From a virus (taxonomy: Duplodnaviria > Heunggongvirae > Uroviricota > Caudoviricetes): a stretch of DNA of 64,000 nucleotides. The stretch is from IMG/VR virus record IMGVR_UViG_2568526411_000004. One strand, 5' to 3'. A model generated the notes under the pieces. It did no database searches and was not told where the DNA came from. It saw only the letters and a list, made by a program, of their open reading frames with translations. The translations under genes and the position numbers were made by a program. Below, piece after piece: positions 48,401 to 57,518 of this stretch (its first letter is position 1; each line of letters begins with the position of its first letter).

Positions 48401-48911
48401 CATAGAAATCTTCACCAAAACGCGCTTTGAGTTGACGAGCTATATTTTCATAGTCTGGATGACTACACATACCGAACATATCGCCTGTAGATATGATGAC
48501 GTCTTCTAACTCAAGCAAGTCTTTTAAACACGAGCGTGGATTGTAATAAAAGCGCTCTGGAGTATTTGCTTCGGTCAATAGCCTAAGCAGCCCTTTGAAT
48601 CCAACCTCAGTCTTCGCGTAAACCTTACAGATAAACGACAGATTTTCTTTAGGAATCTCTTGAGATTGTTTTGTAGGTCGACGGTAGGTAGGGTCGTCAT
48701 AAACACGTACACGCACGCCAGCAATTGGTTTTATGCCTTCTTTCTCAGCTTTGTAAGTGAACTGAATTAACGCATGCACGCTCATATCATCCACTAAAGC
48801 CACCGATTGATAACCCAACTCCTTCGCTTTCTCAATGATATGATCAACTTGAAGCATTGACTGACCAATCGAGAAGTCCGACTGTACGGAAAGGGCATGA
48901 TTAATATTCAT
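45456..48911 (-). CDS. dnaE: DNA polymerase III alpha-like (DnaE, PHP N-terminus) with C-terminal UDG-fold domain
   Basis: 1151 aa with a PHP N-terminus and polIII alpha core motifs. The C-terminal ~190 aa resemble a family-4 UDG with a degenerate GExPG motif. Confidence 0.85.
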   Translation of the reverse strand: MNINHALSVQSDFSIGQSMLQVDHIIEKAKELGYQSVALVDDMSVHALIQFTYKAEKEGIKPIAGVRVRVYDDPTYRRPTKQSQEIPKENLSFICKVYAKTEVGFKGLLRLLTEANTPERFYYNPRSCLKDLLELEDVIISTGDMFGMCSHPDYENIARQLKARFGEDFYAELCPINTPLFDKMNKRAIELVGSLGCKPLVTYPFRYLDNADASTMDVMSAIASNTQLDAPFRSRQYVKEFAFVEPSAIIDRTKAAIARGIKFNRTVLDPKSVTAIWTNGIKNCEEVVQKCQYKFEKQPVSLPKLANDEFKKLCELCVEGWKKRFSKPVLGYLPPKNLLDTVYKERLGYELKTLKNMGFESYFLMVEDLVTWAKNNGVIVGPGRGSVNGSLVAYLIGIADVDPIRFGLIFERFINPERLDLPDADLDFASSRRHKVVEYLIDKYGKDYVAGISNYSTLASASALRDVGRLSGLTPLELTASKFVLKDHGQTMSLEESAKAVPELEKFKKAHPEIWKHAVKLAGTMKSFGQHAAGIVVAGEPIVNRAVLERRSEDTVVNWDKRVVEDCGLVKMDLLGLSTLDTLNIARDYIKERHGIYLNYLEIPLDDPKTLQAFANGNTTGVFQFESGGMKQLLKDIAKGGSMTFDDISAATALYRPGPMDSGLLDDYVATRQGMRSVSYDHPNMVEALKDTLGVIIYQEQVMKVSVDFAGFTNAEADKLRKAMGKKNVDEMAKMRQKFIDGAVAKSGVEPGEAGRIFDKIEAFAGYGFNKSHATAYSIISVWCAYVRVHYPAEYFAASLSIVDEDKLKGLVKDARECGIEVLPPDINLSSDRYTILDNHNILAPFNAVKGVSETTARAIVKLREKHRDLKIVKYKRDKTPVWGYDDDAPIKKRFDSLFEFQEAAAQPKTKVNSKVVESLNAIGALASVEPTQLPARHVDRRKAQMDLLPGIIIDTVKADRVADLTEQHLKSRIIMVAQEYKQCDACDLKGKKHPTMRCGNKVKFMVVTDCPNVDEDKQDKLMVGDVSTYLKQAIKDAGLNPSDGYYTTMVKARKSDKFLTNSQINNCSKYLEEEIKLVKPSIIVALGSSVAKKFLPSVKGGISELNATAVYDPTLDATIVCGISPAQLPFDPSKLPDLTLAFEKVAEVLS

Positions 48912-48942
48912 TACATTCCTTTAGCAATTTAATAAGTAAAAA

Positions 48943-49632
48943 TTAATTAGATTCAAATAACTTAGGATTAGCTATGAGTTTTGACTCAGACTCAACGGCG
49001 ATTTCAAATGCCTGAAAAATCTTGAAAGCTAATGATGTGTGACTGCCAGCTGTACCATCTGACCACTCAAGACGGCTCATATACTCGCTCTTCAATTGTG
49101 CGCGTGTTACACCGCCCTTAATTAACATTTCAATAAGGATTGCAAGCCACTTTGGGCCAGTCTTTTCAAGTGGATTAACACCAGCTGTAAGGTCTTTCTT
49201 GATACGGTCGACTAAACCAGTCTTACAAAGCTGTACCGCAAACGACTGTGCTTTCACTGGAAGCTCTGCGATTAGAGTGTTTTGATCGTCTGTTAATTTA
49301 AATTCGACCTTCTCAACCTTAGTTTTGCGCGGCACTTTCATTTCAGGCATAGGCATTTCTTTGCGTTCAGCTGCTTTTTCAGCCATTTCTTGCTTCATAC
49401 GCTCTTCAATGCGCGCTCTCGCTTCTTTCTTGGCCTTTTCGTGTTTTTTCAAATAGTCCTCAACGTTAATTACGCCCTTAATGCGATTTAACGTCTCTGT
49501 TACCGCTGGAATACATTGTTCAAATGCTGGACACTCTTTGCATACCGCACTTTCATGAGAAAAACATGAGACGGCACCAAAACAAGCGGGCGCATTCAAT
49601 GCAGCTTTTTTATGTTCATTTTCGTGTGTCAT
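48943..49632 (-). CDS. hypothetical protein with N-terminal Cys cluster
   Basis: 229 aa. Confidence 0.5.
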   Translation of the reverse strand: MTHENEHKKAALNAPACFGAVSCFSHESAVCKECPAFEQCIPAVTETLNRIKGVINVEDYLKKHEKAKKEARARIEERMKQEMAEKAAERKEMPMPEMKVPRKTKVEKVEFKLTDDQNTLIAELPVKAQSFAVQLCKTGLVDRIKKDLTAGVNPLEKTGPKWLAILIEMLIKGGVTRAQLKSEYMSRLEWSDGTAGSHTSLAFKIFQAFEIAVESESKLIANPKLFESN

Positions 49633-49707
49633 TAATTCGCTCTCTTTTGCGCATACAGCGCTTTAAACCGTTTAACTGATGTTTGTTAGCTGACTAACTT
49701 AAAAGCG

Positions 49708-50406
49708 TCACATAAGCTCATTGCTAAGCAATTTGCGGATCTCTTTTGCTGCTTCGTCGATTAGCACCAACTCCTTATTGTTTCTTGCTGTGCGTTTAAC
49801 ACAGCGCACAATAAATGCGAGATTGAGAGGCTTTACCATCGCTTTGTAGTGGGAGCTGTGAAATTGAAGCGCAAACTCTCTTTTGGCATATTGAGCCTCA
49901 TACTCGCGCTCAAATTCTTGGTCTGGATGAATAACCTGTTTAAGCAGCGCTACGGCCAAAGGACTTAATTGCTTTTGCACGTAGCTAAGAAGGTTGGATA
50001 GATCCACTTGTTCTAATGAGTTTTCCTGCTCTACGTCCAAAAAGACTTCGGCATCTACCGGCTCGCTTTCGTGATGATTCGCAAGGTCAAAGAAAGAGAC
50101 TGTATTAATCGAACGGTCGCCAACAGCATTTTCGATAATGCGATTAATACGGTTATATGCCGACTTTACGAAGTAGGTCGAGAAACGAAAATTTTGTTTC
50201 TCATCAAAGCCTTTGATCGTTTTCACGAAAACTTCAAAAAGTAGGTTGTGAATGTCTTCGCCGTCTTGAAGTTCGATCGGAACCTGCATCCCTGCGCTTT
50301 GCATATTGGCAACACGTTTTAAAATGTTGCTTGTTACTTTGTTGATTAAGCCAACATGCTCTTTGTAGAGTTCGTTTACTGATTTATTCATGCCGCTATC
50401 TCCCAA
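49708..50406 (-). CDS. sigma-70 family sigma factor
   Basis: Region 2 signature FDEKQNFRFSTYFVKSAYNRINRII (FD..G.RFSTY..WIR). Confidence 0.6.
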   Translation of the reverse strand: MGDSGMNKSVNELYKEHVGLINKVTSNILKRVANMQSAGMQVPIELQDGEDIHNLLFEVFVKTIKGFDEKQNFRFSTYFVKSAYNRINRIIENAVGDRSINTVSFFDLANHHESEPVDAEVFLDVEQENSLEQVDLSNLLSYVQKQLSPLAVALLKQVIHPDQEFEREYEAQYAKREFALQFHSSHYKAMVKPLNLAFIVRCVKRTARNNKELVLIDEAAKEIRKLLSNELM

Positions 50407-50420
50407 AGAAGTGTTCGGAA

Positions 50421-51620
50421 TTACCCGAACACTCGCTGCGCAATTCCCTTCACAATTTCGTAATCGCGGGAAGATTGTTTGTTGGCATAAGCTAAAGAGA
50501 TACCCGTATTCATAGAGCCGCGCATCACACCTAATTTCGCCGCATAGATTAGAGAGCGCAAAGAAATCGTATCGCTAATTTCTTTATTGCTATAAGCAGC
50601 GCGCACCTTAGTTGCAAACTCAACTAGATTTTTCGCATCTATTGGGTCAATTTGTGTGTGACGTACAATGGCTTTTGCTTCATCTTCTTTAGACATGTAA
50701 TGCTTTTCCATCACCATGCCAAAGCGGTCATAGTTCGCCGTGTTTTGAATGGTTGTTCCTGAATACAAACCTGTTTCATCACCCGTACCATTGGTGTTAC
50801 CCGTCGCACAGAAGCGGAAATTTGGATGAGGTTTGATAATGCGATTTTCAGGGTCAGCTTCTTTAATGTTGAGCGGCTTACCTTCCATAACAGCTTGATA
50901 AACAGACAATACACTTGGCTGCGCAAAGTCATATTCGTCAGCAAGATATAACCAGCCATGCTTCATCGCTAACGCCAACGGCCCAAGTTGGAAAGTCATG
51001 TTTCCATCAACTACAGTCCACATGCCGACGATATGTGCTTCTTCTGTATTGGCGGTGTGCTGAATACGAACGACTGGTCGACCAGTTCTTGCAGCCACCT
51101 GATCAATAAGTTCTGTTTTACCAGTACCTTTGTGGCCCCAAACATAAAAAGGAATATTCAGTTCAAGCGCGATAAGGGTATTTTTCAACACATCAATTTC
51201 AAAAACGTATGTGTTGTTAATTTCAGGCACCATGTCTGGTGATGATGAGTTCTCAATACAAGATACTGGGATTGGATCACCCTGTGCGTTTTTACCTTCT
51301 GGGCCAGAGATTTCAAAAATTTCATGTAAATTACGCGCAACTAAGGTGTCTTTAGCGACGAACGAACCCGGCTTTTGAATTACCGAACTTGGTTGAGCTG
51401 GCTGAGCTGCCGCTTGTTCTTGAGCCTTTTTCTTCTGCTCTTCCGCTTTCATTCTGATGCGCTCGATTAAAGCTGGCGATTGGGTCGGTGCATTAGGATA
51501 AGAAGATTTATAATTCTCAAAAGTCACCTTTGGGTGATCAGTATTAAGGTGATGAGGTATAGAATGCACTTGAGCTTTACAAATTTCGCATGCGATTGTT
51601 TCATTTTGATTTACAGTCAT
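50421..51620 (-). CDS. MoxR/CobS-like AAA+ ATPase
   Basis: Walker A GHKGTGKT and Walker B LYLADEYDF. Confidence 0.7.
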   Translation of the reverse strand: MTVNQNETIACEICKAQVHSIPHHLNTDHPKVTFENYKSSYPNAPTQSPALIERIRMKAEEQKKKAQEQAAAQPAQPSSVIQKPGSFVAKDTLVARNLHEIFEISGPEGKNAQGDPIPVSCIENSSSPDMVPEINNTYVFEIDVLKNTLIALELNIPFYVWGHKGTGKTELIDQVAARTGRPVVRIQHTANTEEAHIVGMWTVVDGNMTFQLGPLALAMKHGWLYLADEYDFAQPSVLSVYQAVMEGKPLNIKEADPENRIIKPHPNFRFCATGNTNGTGDETGLYSGTTIQNTANYDRFGMVMEKHYMSKEDEAKAIVRHTQIDPIDAKNLVEFATKVRAAYSNKEISDTISLRSLIYAAKLGVMRGSMNTGISLAYANKQSSRDYEIVKGIAQRVFG

Positions 51621-51705
51621 TTTTTAAATCTCACAAAGATAGATTTTGACAAAACTTTGTCTTTTGAATATGCGTGAATGATACTAATATCTTCTAGGAA
51701 AAGAT

Positions 51706-51719
51706 AGTCAGTACTGACT
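51706..51719. promoter_or_regulatory. palindromic operator AGTCAGTACTGACT
   Basis: Perfect palindrome. Confidence 0.65.
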
Positions 51720-51759
51720 GATTATTTAAATAACCCCAACTGACTATCTTGCTCACGAA

Positions 51760-53817
51760 TTACTTGAGAAGTAATGAGCGAAGCTCGCCAATAACCGTGT
51801 TAGGTAAGTCGGCAACAGATCTCAAAACGACATTTTTTGGATAGAACTCTTTTACGCTTTGCGTATTGATTCCAATTCCAATAACTTCAAATCCTGAGCG
51901 AGAAATTTCCTGAACGGTTGTTTTGAGGTGTTTGTTTAGCGTTGGGGTCGGGCCGCTACCATTTGGATTACCATCACTTAACACCATAATGATTTTCCGT
52001 GCTTCTTTTTGAGCGCTTAGCCGCTGTGCCGCAATTTGAAGACACTCCCCATCAACATTCGTGTTTAAGAACCTAACATGAGGCAACCATGCAAAACGAT
52101 GGCGGTTTTCGAGCGTTAAGCGCTCATTAAACCCTTTAATGACTGGCATATATAAACCTTCCGTTCTTGTGTATCGAATCGTTTTGCCATTATGCGTAAA
52201 GCTTTCTTTTGCGTGTGGATCACCGTTTTTAGTTGTGAATCCAATAACTTCATGATTAATGTTGAGACGGTCAAGAACAGATGACATTGCATATGACGCT
52301 TGAGAGGCTGTGTTAATGCGTTCGCCCTTCATTGAACCTGAACAGTCAATTAAGAGGGTTACAGCGACATCTTTGGAACGATTCTCTTGTTTGCGACGGA
52401 ATATACGGTCGTCTCTAACAGCTAAACGAGAAAGTGACGCCTGGTTAATTTTTCCTTGCCGTAAACCGTTCTCCCATGTTCTTGCTGATCGAGCAACCAT
52501 AAGACGTTCCAAATCTTTTTGAATTGTTCCCGTAATTTTATTGGTTGCTCTATCTAAATCATCCATAAAGGACGATTTGTAATTTCTGCCAATTTTTAAT
52601 GTTTCGATAACGTCATATCTGTTTGTATAAACGAGATATGGCGCAGTGCAAGCAAAGTCTTTTGCTTCATTGCTTAACTGAACGGCAAACGAGGCGTCAA
52701 AATCATTCGCTGACTCCTTGTCGATCTCTTGCAAAATCGCCTTAGCGTCTAAATTAAGCTTTCTTAATTCCTTTTTCTTTTCTGACGTCTGATTCTCAGA
52801 GTCGCTAGACTCGTTGCCTTCATTGCTGTCGCCCTTACCATTCGATTTGTCAGACTTATTTTGGTGGCGCTCACTTTTACCATCTGATTCGTTCCCACCA
52901 TCCTCATCTTCGGATTGACCGCCTTTACCTCCATCACCTTGTTCGTCTTGCTCATCAGCATCGCCTGAAGACTCACCGGCACCATCTTCTTCAGAATCGC
53001 CATCATCTCCCTCACCAGCGCCTTGCTGACCGTCTGCATCTGAACCTTCATCTTCGTCAGAATTTCCGCCACCTGAGCCGCCTGGTTGCTCATCTTCATC
53101 TTCGTTAGATTGACCATTTCCTTGTTGATCACATTCTTCTTCCTGTTGTTGATCTTGCGGGGGTTGTTTCTCGTCTTCGGGACTTTTTAGAGCTTTGTAA
53201 ATTTCTTTAGCTAAGCGAACGGCATCCTGAGACGACTGCATTGATTGAAGTTGTGGCGCAAGGTGTTTGATGGCAGCATGAATATTTGGCAACAAATGAA
53301 TCTTGTCGCGCATATAAATTTCAAAAGTTGATTGACCCGAAAGGCTGCGGAGATATGGAGTGGCCAAGATACCCATAATCTTTGTTTCATCAACATCGGG
53401 ATGCGCCATAACTTCTTTAAATTTCGGAGTAATCATCTCTTCTAAAAAGAAGTGTGCGGTGTGATCTAAGTTAGAACCAGAACCTCTAAATTTTTCAGCC
53501 ATGCATTTTTCGATGCGGGCGTCTTCTAAAATATTTGCGAGACTTTTTAAAAGGTAATCGCCAACGCTATTTAGGGCTTTAAAATCAGAGAAAAGAACAT
53601 GTGCAACCTCATGATCTAAGAATCCCTGTATTGCTCTTATAAGTTCTTCTGATGCATTGTCCGAAAGGTACGGTAAATTGATAGAAATCGGATTTCCATT
53701 AATGTCAGACTTGACGTATGCTTCCATACCTATTTGAGTTACTTCAATTTTTTTCTCAATGAGAGCATTTGTGATTGCAACGATAGCGTTGCGTAAATTA
53801 GCAATGCGATTGTTCAT
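51760..53817 (-). CDS. CobT-like vWA-domain protein with long acidic/Gly-rich low-complexity insert
   Basis: vWA MIDAS LLIDCSGSM; central D/E/G/S-rich region. Confidence 0.65.
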   Translation of the reverse strand: MNNRIANLRNAIVAITNALIEKKIEVTQIGMEAYVKSDINGNPISINLPYLSDNASEELIRAIQGFLDHEVAHVLFSDFKALNSVGDYLLKSLANILEDARIEKCMAEKFRGSGSNLDHTAHFFLEEMITPKFKEVMAHPDVDETKIMGILATPYLRSLSGQSTFEIYMRDKIHLLPNIHAAIKHLAPQLQSMQSSQDAVRLAKEIYKALKSPEDEKQPPQDQQQEEECDQQGNGQSNEDEDEQPGGSGGGNSDEDEGSDADGQQGAGEGDDGDSEEDGAGESSGDADEQDEQGDGGKGGQSEDEDGGNESDGKSERHQNKSDKSNGKGDSNEGNESSDSENQTSEKKKELRKLNLDAKAILQEIDKESANDFDASFAVQLSNEAKDFACTAPYLVYTNRYDVIETLKIGRNYKSSFMDDLDRATNKITGTIQKDLERLMVARSARTWENGLRQGKINQASLSRLAVRDDRIFRRKQENRSKDVAVTLLIDCSGSMKGERINTASQASYAMSSVLDRLNINHEVIGFTTKNGDPHAKESFTHNGKTIRYTRTEGLYMPVIKGFNERLTLENRHRFAWLPHVRFLNTNVDGECLQIAAQRLSAQKEARKIIMVLSDGNPNGSGPTPTLNKHLKTTVQEISRSGFEVIGIGINTQSVKEFYPKNVVLRSVADLPNTVIGELRSLLLK

Positions 53818-53834
53818 AATAGATCCTTAGCGAT

Positions 53835-53852
53835 TCAGTCAGTGATGACTGA
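53835..53852. promoter_or_regulatory. palindromic operator variant TCAGTCA-GTGA-TGACTGA
   Basis: Upstream of the cobT-like gene. Confidence 0.55.
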
Positions 53853-53976
53853 TTATTTATGATCATATTATGACGATTTAGAGTTGGGGTGTATAGAGTT
53901 TTGTTTGGCTTCAGCAAGAGGGCGACAAATCACCGCCTCAATCTTGCTAACTTCACTAATGATATTCTTATAAAAA

Positions 53977-54177
53977 TTATGGATTTATCACTCTAACTAT
54001 ACTTTTTGGAGCGCAGGTATTAATTACCTCAATGTCCCCTAAATTCAGATGCTTATAGCGCTTTATAGTGTAAAACCCGTCATTTAGCAGTGTTTCTACA
54101 CCTTCTGTTTTTTCTAAAATTTCAGCAAGTTCATCCAAGTCTACAGTTTGGAATTGATCATTCAATGTCACAGTCAT
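53977..54177 (-). CDS. small hypothetical protein
   Basis: 66 aa. Confidence 0.3.
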   Translation of the reverse strand: MTVTLNDQFQTVDLDELAEILEKTEGVETLLNDGFYTIKRYKHLNLGDIEVINTCAPKSIVRVINP

Positions 54178-54404
54178 TTAAATCACCATTCTGATTTATC
54201 AAGATTTTGAAGAGGCTATTAATATACGTCTCATCATTTCAGCCCCGTATATTATAGTTTGGGTTCGCTCAAAAGCTTTTAATAAAATCAGTCAGAAGTG
54301 ACTGTTTGAACATTTAAAAGCCAGTTGTTGATCGTATTCATAAATTCTCCTTATGTGATAATTAACAAAACTTAATACAGTGTGAAGTTTTGTAAGTTGA
54401 TGGG

Positions 54405-54468
54405 GTTTATATAAACTGTTAATTTTTAGACAATTTATATAAACGGTTAATTTTAAATAGTTAATTTT
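54405..54468. repeat. iteron-like direct repeats (TTTATATAAAC x2, GTTAATTTT x3)
   Basis: Seen directly in the ~600-bp noncoding region upstream of the HTH / recombinase / par module. Confidence 0.5.
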
Positions 54469-54778
54469 GGACTTTCTACATTGCCATATTGTAATTTTTT
54501 CCTTTTTTGACTAAAAAAAATAACAAAAAATCTGGAAAAAATTAGTCCATTCAATCGAATACACTTTGCATTCGCTGCATCTAGTTTGTAAACTTGGGCG
54601 TATATAATTCACGAGTGACTGATTTTTTCTATAAAATTAGTCCCCCCACCACCTATAATAGTGCTGTAATTCAAAATCAGTCAGTTCTGAGTATATATTT
54701 GGTCTCATGTTCTGGATTATTACAAAGTGAATTACGACTCATCATAGGAAAAATTTAACTCTGTATTTGGAGAGGCAA

Positions 54779-55243
54779 ATGGCTAAAAATCGCAACAATA
54801 TGAACGTGGCAGAATATCTCGCAGACTTAATCGAGAATTCTCCTAAAAGCCAGCGTGAGATTGCTGAGGAAATAGGTTTTAAACGCCCTAACGTTTTATC
54901 GATGATTAAGAGTGGTGAAACTCGCTTACCGATCGATAAAATCAAGCCTACCGCTTTAGCATTAGGCGAAAACCCTACTCGCCTTCTTATACGCGTTCTA
55001 AAAGAATATGCACCGGACTTAATTGATGTTGTCGAGTCAATCACTGGGCAAACTCCATTAACCCCTAACGAAATTAATATCGTCAAAACTATTCGCAGTG
55101 TAACTATGGAAGACCCTTCTTTTTATGGAGACACTCGTGACAAGTTTGTTGACGTAATTAAGGAAATGGAAAGCGAGACAATTAAGCACCGCGCTGAGCT
55201 TCAAAAAAATAAGGAGGAATCGGCATTCAGATCTCAGAAATGA
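54779..55243 (+). CDS. XRE-family HTH transcriptional regulator
   Basis: SQREIAEEIGFKRPNVLSMIKSGE HTH; ATG with a GGAGAGG SD. Confidence 0.7.
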   Translation: MAKNRNNMNVAEYLADLIENSPKSQREIAEEIGFKRPNVLSMIKSGETRLPIDKIKPTALALGENPTRLLIRVLKEYAPDLIDVVESITGQTPLTPNEINIVKTIRSVTMEDPSFYGDTRDKFVDVIKEMESETIKHRAELQKNKEESAFRSQK

Positions 55244-55278
55244 AACAAGTGTAAATACCTCATTTGCCTTCCCTAAAA

Positions 55279-55316
55279 ATGCCCGAATCAGATCGGGCAT
55301 TATTTTATGTTTTTTA
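55279..55316 (+). terminator. rho-independent terminator (ATGCCCGA-atcaga-TCGGGCAT + T-run)
   Basis: After the HTH gene. Confidence 0.75.
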
Positions 55317-55607
55317 AATACTTGGCTAACTTTTCGCATATTCACTTCCTCTTACTTTTTCCCAAACTTGAAAACGTTACAAATTCAAATTTAGCACAGC
55401 TTATCCATTAAAATCCATCATTAAAATAGCTGCATATTCAGAAAAGTCTGTATACGTCGAATGATGACGCACTTTCGTTGTTTCGTCCATAAAAAATATA
55501 ATAAAAGGCTTCTTTTATTACATTTTTTATTTTTCGACATGTGGTAGACTGTTTTTATATCCTTTCCGTTTTTGGAAAAATGTAATAAAAAATTATTTGG
55601 TCGATTT

Positions 55608-56195
55608 ATGGCAAGAACAACAACTGGAAAAGCCCCATATGTGTCAGAAGATGATCTTGAGATTACTTTAGCCACTCAAACGGGCGTAAATGCATTACGG
55701 AACAAATGTGTTTTGTATTTCTCACACTTCCTTGGGCTTCGCGCTAAAGAATTATCAATGTTAAAGGTCGGCGATGTTTACGATGTGAAGAAGGGTAAGC
55801 TGAAGGATATTATTCGATTGCTCGGTAATATTACTAAAGGCAACCGCTACCGAGAGGTATTCCTGGTCAATCCAATCGCTAGATCACTGGTAGAAGAATA
55901 CATAACAAAAGAAAGACCAAAGGATCCAGACGCACCTTTATTTTTATCGCAGAAGGGCGGTCCATTCTCACCAAATAGCATGGTGACCATGATTAATAAC
56001 TGTTATAAGAAGGCTGGTATTCAAGCAACCAGCCATTCCGGTCGACGTTCCTTTGCCACAAGGCTAATAAGAAAGGGCGGTGATATTTATTCAATTCAAC
56101 AATTGATGGGGCATAGCTCAATCCTGACCACGCAAAAATATTTTGCATCGGATCCGGAATTGCTCCGCAGTATAGCCGAGAAATTAAACGACTAA
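55608..56195 (+). CDS. small tyrosine recombinase (catalytic domain only; FimB/FimE-like size)
   Basis: The HSGRRSFATRL (HxxR) and LMGHSSILTTQKY (catalytic Tyr) motifs. An alternative start is at 55572. Confidence 0.8.
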   Translation: MARTTTGKAPYVSEDDLEITLATQTGVNALRNKCVLYFSHFLGLRAKELSMLKVGDVYDVKKGKLKDIIRLLGNITKGNRYREVFLVNPIARSLVEEYITKERPKDPDAPLFLSQKGGPFSPNSMVTMINNCYKKAGIQATSHSGRRSFATRLIRKGGDIYSIQQLMGHSSILTTQKYFASDPELLRSIAEKLND

Positions 56196-56202
56196 GCGTA
56201 TT

Positions 56203-56254
56203 ACCGTATTACCATGTGTGTGTATAGTCATATGATAATACGGTAATACCAATA
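56203..56254. other. lox-like site B: 18-bp inverted arms GTATTACCGTATTAYCAT around a ~16-bp spacer
   Basis: Immediately 3' of the recombinase gene; related to site A at 7722-7779. Confidence 0.5.
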
Positions 56255-56396
56255 TGTATTTTAAATACTATCTTTATGGTCTTATTTACAACTTAGCATC
56301 ACGTCTTACAGCGCTTCTAGTTTACAACTTCTATTCAATTCACTAGAATGATTCTGTTTTATAGGCGTTTATGCCAACTTAACTAAGGAAATTTTG

Positions 56397-57074
56397 ATGA
56401 TTATCGTGTACGCCAATACAAAAGGCGGCGTGAGCAAAACAACTCTTGCCACATCTACTGTGGCCGCGCTGCACCAAAGAGGTAACACTGTTATCGGTAT
56501 TGACCTAGATGCCAACAAAGGCTCTTTCGAATGGAGCCAAGCACGAGAAGCCGAAAACGAAGTAGAAAACGGTAAATTTTTTCATTTAACAGGCAATATC
56601 GAAGACGAAGCTCGTCGCTTAAATGAAGAATATGATTACGTCGTAATTGACACGCCGGGATATGACTCTGCCGAAATGCGCTCGGCTCTTTTAGCTGCGG
56701 ACGTTATTGTTTCGCCTCTTAAAGTTGGAGCTCAAGATCTCAAAGGGCTTTATACGCTTTTGGATTTAGTTGATTTGATCAATGACACTGTTCGCAAACC
56801 GGCTGGCGAGAACCCAATTGTCGTGCATCCTGTTATTACCCAAGCTCCTGCGGCCGATAATTCAGTTGATTTACGCGACACCATTAAAGCACTTGAAGCG
56901 ATTCAAAACGAAGCCCCACGTCTTCAAACAATTATGCGTTTACGTATGCCATATAGCCGCGCTTATCGAAACAACGTCGGCATTACTGAAATGGAAATGG
57001 ACGTAAACAATCGAGTTGCAATTAAAGAATTTGAACAGTTACTTGAGGAGATCATTGAAAATGGCAAACGATAA
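56397..57074 (+). CDS. parA: ParA partition ATPase (type Ib, no N-terminal HTH)
   Basis: Deviant Walker A KGGVSKTT. Confidence 0.85.
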   Translation: MIIVYANTKGGVSKTTLATSTVAALHQRGNTVIGIDLDANKGSFEWSQAREAENEVENGKFFHLTGNIEDEARRLNEEYDYVVIDTPGYDSAEMRSALLAADVIVSPLKVGAQDLKGLYTLLDLVDLINDTVRKPAGENPIVVHPVITQAPAADNSVDLRDTIKALEAIQNEAPRLQTIMRLRMPYSRAYRNNVGITEMEMDVNNRVAIKEFEQLLEEIIENGKR

Positions 57075-57477
57075 AAATGCACCATTGCCTCAGCGTGCAG
57101 CACGCGAAGCTAAAGAGTCTATCTTAAATTCCGCTCCTGTAGCAGCTCAACCTTTAGCGCCAAAAGTTGAAGCTCCGCAAGTAGAAGAACCTGAAGCTGA
57201 AGTGGTTGAAGTTCAACAAAAAGCAACTGAAGCGACTAACTTTCTAAACGACGCAGCACCGTGGCGTAAAAAGTCCACAATGTCTGAAGAAGAGTTGATG
57301 CTTGCAACCAAGAAGTTTTCAGCAAACCTTCCGATGGAATTATATTTAAGACTCAACTTTATTGTTGCTATTGAGCAGTTAAATAGTCCAAAAAAACTTG
57401 ACATGACGCAGATTGTGACTAAAGCTCTAATGGAGAGTACAGAAAAGACTCTCAAAAAAATGGGTTACAAGGTCTAA
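57061..57477 (+). CDS. small ParB/ParG-like centromere-binding protein
   Basis: 138 aa, immediately downstream of parA and overlapping it. Confidence 0.5.
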   Translation: MANDKNAPLPQRAAREAKESILNSAPVAAQPLAPKVEAPQVEEPEAEVVEVQQKATEATNFLNDAAPWRKKSTMSEEELMLATKKFSANLPMELYLRLNFIVAIEQLNSPKKLDMTQIVTKALMESTEKTLKKMGYKV

Positions 57478-57490
57478 GAAAGCCATTTGA

Positions 57491-57517
57491 GAAAGTCGCC
57501 TTTGGGCGGCTTTTTTA
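57491..57517 (+). terminator. rho-independent terminator (GTCGCC-tttg-GGCGGC + TTTTTT)
   Basis: After the par operon. Confidence 0.7.
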
Positions 57518-57518
57518 T

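Noticed and set aside
52764-53132. 122-aa ORF inside the cobT-like gene
   Set aside because: An alternative frame through the low-complexity acidic tract.
55497-55589. 10-bp inverted repeats TTTTATTACA / TGTAATAAAA upstream of the recombinase, as a fim-like invertible switch
   Set aside because: Only ~57 bp separates them, which is too short for a tyrosine-recombinase invertible element. More likely a hairpin or regulator site.
55608-56195. Protelomerase idea for the recombinase and palindromic sites
   Set aside because: The protein is about one-third the size of known protelomerases, and the sites are not long perfect palindromes.
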